From the sequence record PV231354.1: DNA of 64,000 nucleotides. The stretch is one strand, 5' to 3'. Numbering within the stretch: the first letter of the stretch is position 1; each line of letters starts with the position of its first letter. This document shows positions 26,701-35,506 of this stretch, in pieces. The notes under the pieces are model-generated. The model did no database searches, was not told the origin of the DNA, and saw nothing but the letters and a program-made list of their open reading frames with translations. The position numbers were made by a program, and so were the translations under genes.

Positions 26701-28737
26701 TTGCTGAATTTCCAACCGTTTAAGACGGCCGTCGCGGCGCAGTTCGCCAAGATGTCCAAGGGCCAACTCTACCGCGTCGAGGTCGACAAGGACCTCCTGT
26801 GGCAGACCTACCTCGCCGCCTTCCCGCCGGGCACGGACCCGATGTTCCGCGCGCGCACCGAGCACAACTGCTCGTGCTGCCGCGCCTTCGTGCGCCAGGG
26901 CGGCGACGTCGTGGCCATCGTCGACAACAAGATCGTCACCCTGTGGGACATCACCGTTCCGGGCGAGCCGGCCTACCAGCAGGTCGCCAACAGCCTCGCG
27001 GGCCTGATCCGCTCGCGGCCGATCGCCGACGTCTTCCTGCACGACCAGAAGTCGATCGGCACCGACCGCAGCGTCGAGTCGCTGCTGGGCGGCGATGACG
27101 TGGTCTGGAACCACTTCTACTGCGACGTGCCCCAGCAGTTCGTCAAGAAGCGCACCGACATCCCCACGGCGCTGCACGGCCCGCGCATGGCGGCCGAGAC
27201 GCTGCTGCGCGCGGTGACCGACATCAGCCGCGAGGCGGTCGAGACCGTGCTCGAACTGGTCGCCCAGAAGTCGGTCTACCGAATCGAGGAGCACAAGGCG
27301 ACCGTCGAGGCCTTCCGGGCGATGCAGAACAGCTTCGCCGGCAAGACGGGCCTGGACGCGACGCTGCACGCCTGGACCACGGCCACCAAGGGCGAGGTCT
27401 GGGGCTCGGTGATCGGCATCAAGAACACCGTGATCGGCTCGCTGCTGCTCGACCTGTCGGGCGACATGGAGATCGAGGACGCGGTCAAGAAGTACGAGAC
27501 CAAGGTCGCGCCGCAGAACTACAAGCGCACCTCGACGATCGCCACCAAGCGCCAGATCGAGGCCGCCAAGAAGACGCTGGAGGACCTGGGTCTGACCTCG
27601 GCCCTGGAGCGCCGCTATGCCGTCCTGACGGACGTGTCGATCAACGACGTCCTGTTCGCCGATCGCTCGGCCAAGGCGGCGCTGAGCGCGGACGTGTTCT
27701 CGGAGATGGCGGCCGAGGTGGGCGAGAAGACCAAGTCGTTCGACAAGGTCGAGGAGGTCCCGATCGACCGCTTCCTGAGCGACATCCTGCCCAAGGTCAC
27801 GTCGATCGAGGCCCTGGTCGAGAACCGTCTGGCGGGCAACTTCGTCAGCCTGATCGCGCCCAAGAACCCGACGGCCGGCAACCTCTTCAAGTGGGGCAAC
27901 AACTTCTCCTGGTCCTATGCCGGCGAGGTCGCGGACTCCATCAAGCAGCGCGTCAAGGCCGCTGGCGGTAACGTCTCGGGCGACCTCTGCTGCCGCCTGG
28001 GCTGGTTCAACCACGACGACCTCGACTTCCACATGTACGAGCCGGGCGGTGGTCACATCTTCTTCCGCGAGAAGGTCTCCGAGCGCACGCGTGGTCAACT
28101 CGACGTCGACATGAACGCCGGGCGCGGCACCACGCGCTCGCCGGTCGAGAACATCTTCTATGGCGACCGCAAGCGGATGAAGGAGGGCGTCTACGAACTG
28201 AAGGTCCACCAGTTCGATAACCGCGACGCCTCGCGCGATCCGGGCTTCGAGGTCGAGATCGACTACCTGGGCGCGGTGACCAAGTTCGCCTACGCCAAGG
28301 CCCTGCGCTACCAGGAATACGTCACGGTCGCCAAGTTCGAGTACAGCCACGCCGGCGGGATCAAAATCCTGTCGTCGCTGCCGTCGTCCTCGGCGAGCAA
28401 GGACGTCTGGGGCGTGAAGACCGAGACCTTCCGCAAGGTCAACGTCGTCATGCTGTCGCCCAACTTCTGGGACGGCGAGCCGGGCGTCGGCAACAAGCAC
28501 TTCTTCTTCATGCTGGAGGGCGGCATCAACGAGGACGGCGCGCGCGGCTTCTACAACGAGTTCCTCAAGGACTCGCTGAGCCCGCACCGCCGCGTCTTCG
28601 AGATGCTGGGCTCCAAGCTGAAGCCCGCGCCGGCCGCCGAGCAACTCTCGGGCCTGGGCTTCTCGTCGTCCAAGCCTGACACCCTGACCGTCAAGGTCTC
28701 GGGCGCCTTCACCCGCGTTCTGAAAATCAAGTTCTAG
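26701..28737 (+). CDS. large conserved phage protein with YfaP/DUF2135-like segment
   Basis: EHNCSCCRAF; DLDFHMYEP...GQLDVDMNAG...PVENIFY. Confidence 0.75.
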   Translation: MLNFQPFKTAVAAQFAKMSKGQLYRVEVDKDLLWQTYLAAFPPGTDPMFRARTEHNCSCCRAFVRQGGDVVAIVDNKIVTLWDITVPGEPAYQQVANSLAGLIRSRPIADVFLHDQKSIGTDRSVESLLGGDDVVWNHFYCDVPQQFVKKRTDIPTALHGPRMAAETLLRAVTDISREAVETVLELVAQKSVYRIEEHKATVEAFRAMQNSFAGKTGLDATLHAWTTATKGEVWGSVIGIKNTVIGSLLLDLSGDMEIEDAVKKYETKVAPQNYKRTSTIATKRQIEAAKKTLEDLGLTSALERRYAVLTDVSINDVLFADRSAKAALSADVFSEMAAEVGEKTKSFDKVEEVPIDRFLSDILPKVTSIEALVENRLAGNFVSLIAPKNPTAGNLFKWGNNFSWSYAGEVADSIKQRVKAAGGNVSGDLCCRLGWFNHDDLDFHMYEPGGGHIFFREKVSERTRGQLDVDMNAGRGTTRSPVENIFYGDRKRMKEGVYELKVHQFDNRDASRDPGFEVEIDYLGAVTKFAYAKALRYQEYVTVAKFEYSHAGGIKILSSLPSSSASKDVWGVKTETFRKVNVVMLSPNFWDGEPGVGNKHFFFMLEGGINEDGARGFYNEFLKDSLSPHRRVFEMLGSKLKPAPAAEQLSGLGFSSSKPDTLTVKVSGAFTRVLKIKF

Positions 28738-28749
28738 GAAAGGAAGACC

Positions 28750-29166
28750 ATGGAAAACATCTTCGAAGTCGCCTCGCGCGAAAAGTACCGCTACGAGTCC
28801 GCCAAGGGCCTCATCTCGACCGAGGACCTGTGGGACCTGCCGCTGACCAGCGACACGGGCAAGGCCAACCTGAACGACATCGCCGTGGCCCTGTTCAAGC
28901 AGGTCAAGGACCTGGACGACATCTCGTTCGTCAAGCCCAAGACGCTCGACAAGACCGTCGCCCCGCGCCTGGAGATCGTCAAGGCGGTGATCGCCTACCG
29001 CCAGGACGAGAACCGCAAGAAGCTGGAAGCCAACACCAAGCGCGAGACCGCCCGCATCCTGCAAGAAGCCATCAGCGCCAAGCGCTCCGAGAAGATCGCC
29101 GGCACCCCGCTGGAAGAACTCGAAGCGCAACTGGCCGCGCTGAAGGCCGAGGGCGTCGAGGCCTAA
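28750..29166 (+). CDS. conserved phage hypothetical protein (coiled coil)
   Basis: GLISTEDLWDLPLT. Confidence 0.8.
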   Translation: MENIFEVASREKYRYESAKGLISTEDLWDLPLTSDTGKANLNDIAVALFKQVKDLDDISFVKPKTLDKTVAPRLEIVKAVIAYRQDENRKKLEANTKRETARILQEAISAKRSEKIAGTPLEELEAQLAALKAEGVEA

Positions 29167-29173
29167 TCGGCTG

Positions 29174-29230
29174 TTGACAACACTCTAACGCCAACATAGA
29201 AGGGCCTCCGACGACAACGCCGGAGGCCCT
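29174..29230 (+). promoter_or_regulatory. sigma70-type promoter + conserved leader hairpin
   Basis: TTGACA-N17-TAGAAG; AGGGCCTCCG/CGGAGGCCCT 10-bp stem. Confidence 0.85.
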
Positions 29231-29234
29231 TTTC

Positions 29235-29573
29235 ATGCAAGCCGAGAACTACACGCAGAACCTGAGCGACTGGTCCCAGTATCGCAACAATGGTCGCGGG
29301 GGCTGCGGCCTCAAGCGTGCCGAGGGCACGATCTCCAAGCGCGCCTATGAGCGCCTGATCCGCGAGGCCAAGCGCGACTTCCTGGCCGGCTTCGACATCG
29401 ACTGGTCCAAGTACGGCGAGCCGACCGTCACCTTCTACGACATGCTGACCGCCCAGATCGAGTGGCCTAACCTGAAATCGGGTCAGTTGATCACGCTGAC
29501 CCAAATCTGGTTCGAGCGAAAGACCGGCGAAATTCTCCAGGCCGGCTCCAACCACGGGAGCCTGACCCTGTGA
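29235..29573 (+). CDS. hypothetical protein
   Basis: ATG after the SD. Confidence 0.75.
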   Translation: MQAENYTQNLSDWSQYRNNGRGGCGLKRAEGTISKRAYERLIREAKRDFLAGFDIDWSKYGEPTVTFYDMLTAQIEWPNLKSGQLITLTQIWFERKTGEILQAGSNHGSLTL

Positions 29574-30046
29574 GCGACACCGCCAAGACCCCCAAGACCT
29601 TCACCGCCGACGAGATCGCCACCGCCATGGCGGCCCAGAACCGCGCCTTCCGCCGCATGGAAGCGCGGGCGGTCGAGAATGAGCGCGAGGCCGGCGAGCG
29701 CCGCCAGCAAATCGCCCTGGACGACCTGCGCCGCGAGATGATGGCCGGCGCCCGTGCCAACGTGGAGCGTGGCGTGTACACGCTGTCGACCCTGGAGTGC
29801 GACGAGTACCGCCACACCAATGTCGTGCTGGCCGAGGTCCGCACCCGCGTCTTCGCCGCCCGCCTGTCGTTCTCGGACGAGGACGCGGCCTGGACGATCG
29901 AGGCGATCATCCGCCGCTACCCCGGCGGCCCGGCCCGCGTCCTGGAGAAGGAAGTCCTGACCCAGCAGGCGGCCTGGGACTTCTTCAACGAGGTCGTCGA
30001 GCGCTTCTACAACACCGCCGGCTTCATCTGCCGCGTCGACTACTAG
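29570..30046 (+). CDS. hypothetical protein
   Basis: GTGA overlap. Confidence 0.75.
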   Translation: MSDTAKTPKTFTADEIATAMAAQNRAFRRMEARAVENEREAGERRQQIALDDLRREMMAGARANVERGVYTLSTLECDEYRHTNVVLAEVRTRVFAARLSFSDEDAAWTIEAIIRRYPGGPARVLEKEVLTQQAAWDFFNEVVERFYNTAGFICRVDY

Positions 30047-30059
30047 GGAGGACCCCGAC

Positions 30060-30524
30060 ATGATGGCTCACCTGATCCTGAACACCGCCCAGCAGCGCAC
30101 CATGAACGAGGTGTCCGACGCGCTGGCCTACCTGATCCGCAACGACGGCGACCCCAACAGCGCCGGCGAGGGCTACTACAACATGCTCCACCTGGACCGG
30201 ATCGCCGACGACGTCACGGGCCTGTTCGCCCCCATCGGCGAGCGTCCCCTGGCCAGGACGCTGTTCGACGTCCAGGCGACCTTCCGGGGCTACTGGAAGG
30301 GCCAATACCCCAAGGTCGAGACCCTGAAGACCTGGGCCGCCGAGTTCCGGCCGCACTACAAGAACCTGGAGCAGGTCCGCTACATCAACCGCCCGCCGGT
30401 CGAGCCCAAGACGGTGCGCGAGGAGGTCATGGCCAAGCTCTCGAAGAGCTACACCCAGGCCGAGATCAGCGTCTTCCTGGGGAACCTCGAACAGCACGGC
30501 TTCGCGGTGATCAAGGCCGGCTAA
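30060..30524 (+). CDS. hypothetical protein
   Basis: GGAGG SD. Confidence 0.75.
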   Translation: MMAHLILNTAQQRTMNEVSDALAYLIRNDGDPNSAGEGYYNMLHLDRIADDVTGLFAPIGERPLARTLFDVQATFRGYWKGQYPKVETLKTWAAEFRPHYKNLEQVRYINRPPVEPKTVREEVMAKLSKSYTQAEISVFLGNLEQHGFAVIKAG

Positions 30525-30544
30525 ACTTTGTTGGCGCGAGAGTG

Positions 30545-30598
30545 TTGACAGCAGCGTCCTGACGCCATAGAACCCTCTCGACGACAACGAAGGAGGCC
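30545..30598 (+). promoter_or_regulatory. sigma70-type promoter + conserved leader
   Basis: TTGACA-N17-TAGAAC; motif at 30579. Confidence 0.85.
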
Positions 30599-30601
30599 CC
30601 G

Positions 30602-30988
30602 ATGGGCGCGCAACTGGAAATCAAGGAAGTCTTCGCCGCCTCGCAGGACGCCGTCTATTCCTGGCGTGGCGAGGAAGGTGACGAGTACCGCGTGATGAGC
30701 CTCGTCCACGTCCAGACGATGGACGGCCGCTGGTTCCTGATGCCGGCCATGCGCCCCTACTCGGACGTCGAGCGCTTCGACTTCGAGATGGCCTGCGAGG
30801 GCGAGCCCCTGTTCGGCATGGCGACCGTCTACTGGGACGCCGAAGCCTTCGCCGCCAAGGTCCGCGCGCGCGGCGTGATCCGCCCGGAGTTCTGGGTCGA
30901 GTATCAGCCCGACACCCGCACGACCGAGCAGCGCTTCGAGGACATGTGGATCGAAGAGCAGTACGACCGCATGGGGTACGCCGCATGA
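30602..30988 (+). CDS. hypothetical protein
   Basis: ATG after the SD. Confidence 0.8.
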   Translation: MGAQLEIKEVFAASQDAVYSWRGEEGDEYRVMSLVHVQTMDGRWFLMPAMRPYSDVERFDFEMACEGEPLFGMATVYWDAEAFAAKVRARGVIRPEFWVEYQPDTRTTEQRFEDMWIEEQYDRMGYAA

Positions 30989-31227
30989 GCGCCCGCCAGA
31001 AGCAGACCGTGATCGACAAGCTGGAGAAGACCTACAAGTCGATCCAGGCCCAGCAGGCGCGCGGCATCAACTGGGGCACCAAGGCGTGCCTCGAACTGGT
31101 CGACCGCTACAACGACCTGAAGGCCGAAGCCACCCGCGTCGGCGGCCATAGCAACCCCGAGTGGAAGGCCTACTGCGAGCGCCACGGCTCCAGCGTCTCC
31201 CACGACGGCTACGATCTGTGGGCGTGA
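30985..31227 (+). CDS. hypothetical protein
   Basis: ATGA overlap. Confidence 0.7.
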   Translation: MSARQKQTVIDKLEKTYKSIQAQQARGINWGTKACLELVDRYNDLKAEATRVGGHSNPEWKAYCERHGSSVSHDGYDLWA

Positions 31228-31229
31228 TC

Positions 31230-31472
31230 ATGTCCCGCACCGTCAAAGTCGAGCGGGGCACGACGACCTACTACGTCACCATCGACGAGGCCGGCGAGGT
31301 CATCGCGATCTCGGGCATGGCGGTGGTCGGCAAGGTCCCGCGCCACAAGGGCGGCAAGCGCCGCGTGCCCTGGAGCGGCGCGCACTGGCACGCCGGCTAC
31401 AAGACTCCGATCCCGCAACAACTGCGTCCCATCGCCGAGGACGCCATCCGACAGAAGGAGACCAACCCTTGA
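31230..31472 (+). CDS. hypothetical protein
   Basis: ORF in operon. Confidence 0.7.
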   Translation: MSRTVKVERGTTTYYVTIDEAGEVIAISGMAVVGKVPRHKGGKRRVPWSGAHWHAGYKTPIPQQLRPIAEDAIRQKETNP

Positions 31473-31864
31473 GCCTGCAACAGATGCACCCATTCCTGAA
31501 CCCGGCCCTACCCTACAGCGAGGAGGAGCAAAAACTCCTCGCGGGCTTCAAGGCCGGCGGTGGTCCGGCCGAGGATATCCCCCTGGTCGTCGCTGTTCCC
31601 CGGTTGAGGGCCAAGCTGCTCGAAACGGTGACCTACGACCACGAGGTCCTCGAAGACAACAATGCCGCGCCGCGTGACTTCTGGCACGTCCGCGCCCGCC
31701 TGGGCGGCGACGAGGGCCTGACCACCGACTGGATGAAGTACGGCGAACTGGGCGATCACAAGAAGCGCCTGCCCGACGACATTATCCGCCGCGTCGAGGC
31801 GCAGGTCTTCACGGACCTCTTCTACGCGCTGCTGCAAGGCCTGGGCCTGGAGGACTTCTATTGA
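31469..31864 (+). CDS. hypothetical protein
   Basis: AAGGAG SD. Confidence 0.7.
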   Translation: MSLQQMHPFLNPALPYSEEEQKLLAGFKAGGGPAEDIPLVVAVPRLRAKLLETVTYDHEVLEDNNAAPRDFWHVRARLGGDEGLTTDWMKYGELGDHKKRLPDDIIRRVEAQVFTDLFYALLQGLGLEDFY

Positions 31865-32208
31865 CCGCCCTGATCTCCAAGGAGGAGGCGTTGCAACTGA
31901 TCGACGACCTCCAGACCACGTTCTCGACCCTGCGGATGCAGGTCGGGCCGGCGAACGACGACATATCCCAGGAGCGCCTCAAGCGCCTGCTGGCCTATGT
32001 CGAGCAGGACCCCGACGTCCCGCCGATCGAGGCCTACGCCAAGCGGCCCATCAGCCCGCAGTTCCGGGCCGAGATGGTCAAGCACGCTGAGCGCTGCGAC
32101 GGCGAGGTCGACCTCATGAAGGGCGGCCCCTACACCCGCACGACCTGGGTCCACAGGCGTTCGGCCGACATCCTGCGCAAGCTCGTCACCTTCCTGGACA
32201 AGGACTGA
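31861..32208 (+). CDS. hypothetical protein
   Basis: Overlapping start/stop. Confidence 0.7.
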   Translation: MTALISKEEALQLIDDLQTTFSTLRMQVGPANDDISQERLKRLLAYVEQDPDVPPIEAYAKRPISPQFRAEMVKHAERCDGEVDLMKGGPYTRTTWVHRRSADILRKLVTFLDKD

Positions 32209-32210
32209 TC

Positions 32211-32666
32211 ATGCCCGGAACCCTTCTCTGCCTCAATCCCGACGGCGCCAACTTCCAGGCCCAGGCCGTGCTCGCGGTGGTCCGCGACATGCTGGGCGAG
32301 GACTTCGAGCCCTCCTGGAGCACCGACCTGGGCGAATACCTCGCCGAGCCGCGTCTGGCCCGCTTCGATAACAACCGCGTCGCCGGCTACGTGATCTGGA
32401 TGCCCGACAGCCGGGCGTGCGCCTGGATGGGTCCCGAAGGCTGGCGCCAGATCAACATCACCTTCTACCAGCACGGCGTCAGCGACCAGATCGTCGTCAA
32501 CGGCTGGCGCAAAGCCTATCGTGAAGACCTGCCGCCCACTCGCCACGACATGCCCGACGTCGAGGAGATGCACCGCCGGCAAATCTTCGAGCAGCACGAG
32601 ATCGTGCCGGCCGCCGAGTACATCATCCACCTGCTGACCGAGTTCTGGGAGGAAGGCAATACGTGA
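32211..32666 (+). CDS. hypothetical protein
   Basis: ORF in operon. Confidence 0.75.
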   Translation: MPGTLLCLNPDGANFQAQAVLAVVRDMLGEDFEPSWSTDLGEYLAEPRLARFDNNRVAGYVIWMPDSRACAWMGPEGWRQINITFYQHGVSDQIVVNGWRKAYREDLPPTRHDMPDVEEMHRRQIFEQHEIVPAAEYIIHLLTEFWEEGNT

Positions 32667-32998
32667 CCGACTATGACGCCTGCCTGACCAACTGGGTCAT
32701 CTGCCTGACGCCGATCCCGGTCATCGTCCGGGGCGACGCCGTGCCCGAGCCGGGCGTGGTGCTCGTCGGCGAGATCATGCAGGACCGCAAGAAGCGCTGG
32801 CCGGACGGGCGTCTCGTCCACACCTCGGTGCTTCTGAGCGCGCGGGAGTTGATCAAGCCGGGCGAGGTCGTGCGCACCCTGCGCAGCCACTACCTCCTGG
32901 GCCGACCCGCCGAGGAGATCACCCTGCGCCATAGCCTGGGCGCGATGTTCGCCCAGGTCGTCATTCAACCGCTTGACAACACTCTCGCGCCAACCTAG
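32663..32998 (+). CDS. hypothetical protein
   Basis: GTGA overlap. Confidence 0.7.
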   Translation: MTDYDACLTNWVICLTPIPVIVRGDAVPEPGVVLVGEIMQDRKKRWPDGRLVHTSVLLSARELIKPGEVVRTLRSHYLLGRPAEEITLRHSLGAMFAQVVIQPLDNTLAPT

Positions 32999-33060
32999 AA
33001 GGGTCGTCGACGACAACGCCTGTCCGAAATTTGTACACAGATTTCGGACATAATAGGAGG
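32973..33060 (+). promoter_or_regulatory. sigma70-type promoter + leader with an extra hairpin
   Basis: TTGACA-N17-TAGAAG; motif at 33008; TGTCCGAAAT/ATTTCGGACA inverted repeat. Confidence 0.85.
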
Positions 33061-33065
33061 TCCAG

Positions 33066-33497
33066 ATGTCCTACACCGAAGCCCACATGGAAGCGCTGGT
33101 CGCCTTCCACCAGAACGAGATGGACGTCGGCGACGGCGCCTGGGGGCGCTACGTCAAGACGCTGGAGCAGCGCACCGGGATCGAAGACCTGGACGGCGAC
33201 AACTCCGAAGAGGCCCGCGCCTACTTCTGCGACATGGGCTACTCGCTCGACGACACCTTCGACATGTTCCAGAAGGGCGTGTCGCTGGCCGACGCCGAGA
33301 CCGCGATCCTGCGTTCGTGCTATGAGGCCGCCACCCGCGCGGCGCTCGCCGGCGTCAAGGGCCTGACCGAGGCCCAGGAGCGCGCCCAGGCGGCCGGCAA
33401 GACCGACTATGTCGCGCAACTTCAGAAGCAGATCGACAGCCTGATCGACGGCGAGAGCGCCGAGGCCTCGGCGGTCGAACGCGCGGCGGGGTGCTGA
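33066..33497 (+). CDS. hypothetical protein
   Basis: AGGAGG SD. Confidence 0.8.
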   Translation: MSYTEAHMEALVAFHQNEMDVGDGAWGRYVKTLEQRTGIEDLDGDNSEEARAYFCDMGYSLDDTFDMFQKGVSLADAETAILRSCYEAATRAALAGVKGLTEAQERAQAAGKTDYVAQLQKQIDSLIDGESAEASAVERAAGC

Positions 33498-33499
33498 CC

Positions 33500-33718
33500 A
33501 TGAGCTTCCACCGCAGCCCCCTTCCTGGCCCGCCGGAGCAGGCCGACGAGCGCTACAAGTTCATCGACATCGATGGCCGGCGCTACAAGGTCTACCGCTC
33601 GGGTCACGTCTCGGTCCTGATCCAGGGCACGGGCAAGCGGGCCGGCTACACCCGCTCGCTGACCCACAACAGCATCATCGCCGCGCGCGTGCGCTTCGCC
33701 TCGGGGTGGTTCGCATGA
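33500..33718 (+). CDS. hypothetical protein
   Basis: ORF in operon. Confidence 0.65.
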   Translation: MSFHRSPLPGPPEQADERYKFIDIDGRRYKVYRSGHVSVLIQGTGKRAGYTRSLTHNSIIAARVRFASGWFA

Positions 33719-34107
33719 GCAAGCCGTCGATCGCGGTGGTGGGGTTCGTCTCCTCCACGCCCAACTTCTTCGAGATCGTCGACCTCAAGGTCGTCGACGA
33801 CAGCCGCCGGCCCGGCGACGGGCGCATGTTCGCCCGCGACGCCGACACGGTGAACCCGTGCCCGCCCTGGGTCGAGTTCCAGATCGTGCTCGGCGTCTTC
33901 GACACCTACGAGCAGGCGGCGGCGGCGCGCGAGAAGTCCCGCGCCGACTACAAGGCCGCCGGCGCCGAGGTCGAGAAGACCAACGGCGAACTGATGCGCG
34001 CGACCCGCGCCTATGAAGCCGCCATCCTCGCCCACAACGAGGCCAAGACCGAGCAGCGGCGCGCCAGCCGGCAGGCCTTCCTCGGCACCCCCACCGACTA
34101 CCGCTAG
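33715..34107 (+). CDS. hypothetical protein, paralogue of 34793..35161
   Basis: GF...PNFFEIVDL; coiled-coil C-terminus. Confidence 0.75.
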   Translation: MSKPSIAVVGFVSSTPNFFEIVDLKVVDDSRRPGDGRMFARDADTVNPCPPWVEFQIVLGVFDTYEQAAAAREKSRADYKAAGAEVEKTNGELMRATRAYEAAILAHNEAKTEQRRASRQAFLGTPTDYR

Positions 34108-34115
34108 GAGGTCCC

Positions 34116-34319
34116 ATGACCAAGTACGTCATCCCCATTCAGGTCGACTTCCTGATCGCGCCCGCCAGGGGCGATGTGATGCAAACCCTGCTGTCGCGGA
34201 TCGAGGCGATCCTGGACGAAGAACTCAGCATCATGCTGAGCGACGCGCCCGACCGGGTCATCGCCCTGAGCCCCGTCAAGGGTCTGCACCAGCGGACCAC
34301 GACGACGGAGGAGACCTGA
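34116..34319 (+). CDS. hypothetical protein
   Basis: GGAGG SD. Confidence 0.7.
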   Translation: MTKYVIPIQVDFLIAPARGDVMQTLLSRIEAILDEELSIMLSDAPDRVIALSPVKGLHQRTTTTEET

Positions 34320-34320
34320 C

Positions 34321-34812
34321 ATGGCCCAGGAATACCAGACCTACACCGTCAAGGGCTCCTGGCCCTTCCCGACCGACATGCTGCGCTACGACGACGCCAA
34401 GCCGGCGACCGTCTTTGCCAGCGAGACGATCAACCGCCTGTCGGGCGACTACGCCCCGTCGCGCGAGAGCATCCGCGACGAGGTCGAAATCAGGCTGATC
34501 CGGATCAAGCGCGGCCTGCCGGCGATCGACCGCTGGGAGTCGTTTGGCTGGAAGGTCGTCAACGGCGACGAGGACACCCAGTACGCGATCGCGGTGCGCA
34601 ACCCGCCGCCGCTGGAACCCACGCCCTACGAGAAGCTGCGCGCGGCGGTCAAGGACGTGATCGCCGAACTCGACTACACGCCCAAGTACGTCTACGCCCG
34701 CGAGGACGACCTGGGCAAGCCCCTACCACCGCGCCTGATGTGCGCGCTGAACGAACTCACCAACACCTACAACGAAACTCCGGAGGCCCGACATGGCAAT
34801 GACCACCCCTGA
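34321..34812 (+). CDS. hypothetical protein
   Basis: GAGGAG SD. Confidence 0.75.
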   Translation: MAQEYQTYTVKGSWPFPTDMLRYDDAKPATVFASETINRLSGDYAPSRESIRDEVEIRLIRIKRGLPAIDRWESFGWKVVNGDEDTQYAIAVRNPPPLEPTPYEKLRAAVKDVIAELDYTPKYVYAREDDLGKPLPPRLMCALNELTNTYNETPEARHGNDHP

Positions 34813-35161
34813 CGGGCGCTACGCCATCGCCGGCTTCACCGGCTGGTCGCCCCAGCACTTCAAGGTCGTCGACCTGGACACCAAGTCCGTCAACGTCAGC
34901 GGCTGGGAAGACGAGGAGCAGGACTTCGCCCTGACGCTGGACGGCGAGCGCTTCTACTACGACGTCATCAAGGCGCGCTTCGCGACCGCCGAGGACGCCG
35001 TGGGCAACCTCACCGCCGCCCAGGAAGCCTACGCGCTCCACGACAAGGAGGTCGAGGCCTTGAGCGAGGAACTGGAAACCCTCAAGCGCAAGCTCGAACT
35101 GGCCGTCTCGGCGCGGGGCCGGGCCTACCGCAAGGCCATGAAGGGCGTCGACCTCGGATGA
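34793..35161 (+). CDS. hypothetical protein, paralogue of 33715..34107
   Basis: GF...PQHFKVVDL. Confidence 0.75.
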   Translation: MAMTTPDGRYAIAGFTGWSPQHFKVVDLDTKSVNVSGWEDEEQDFALTLDGERFYYDVIKARFATAEDAVGNLTAAQEAYALHDKEVEALSEELETLKRKLELAVSARGRAYRKAMKGVDLG

Positions 35162-35433
35162 TCGTCTTCCTGCTCTGCGCCATCCCCTACGTCCTGGTCG
35201 GCGGCTGCATCTACGCGGCCCTGATCGACCGCTACGTCACGCGCGAGACCACCGGAAGCTCGGACGATGAAGTGGGCGCCCGGCTGATCTACGCGATCTT
35301 CTGGATGATCGCCATCCCCCTCCACCTCCTCGCAATCCTGTTCGACATCCTGCGGCATCGCGCCTTCCGTCAGCGCCATAAGCTCCGGACCGGCCACGAC
35401 ATCGGCCCCTGGACCTATACCGGCTGGCTCTGA
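35158..35433 (+). CDS. small 2-TM membrane protein
   Basis: Two hydrophobic helices. Confidence 0.7.
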   Translation: MIVFLLCAIPYVLVGGCIYAALIDRYVTRETTGSSDDEVGARLIYAIFWMIAIPLHLLAILFDILRHRAFRQRHKLRTGHDIGPWTYTGWL

Positions 35434-35450
35434 GCCTTGGCTGCGATGTG

Positions 35451-35503
35451 TTGACAAGGCTGCGCGGCCTCCTGTAGAAGACCCTCGACGACAACAGGAG
35501 GCC
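35451..35503 (+). promoter_or_regulatory. sigma70-type promoter + conserved leader
   Basis: TTGACA-N18-TAGAAG; inverted repeat GGCCTCCTGT/ACAGGAGGCC. Confidence 0.85.
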
Positions 35504-35506
35504 CTC

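Noticed and set aside
26305-29130. 941-aa minus-strand ORF (likewise 51768..54494 -, 3993..6371 +, 13076..14251 - and many shorter ones)
   Set aside because: Antisense shadows of real genes caused by high-GC codon bias; no SD, no motifs, fully overlapping well-supported CDSs.
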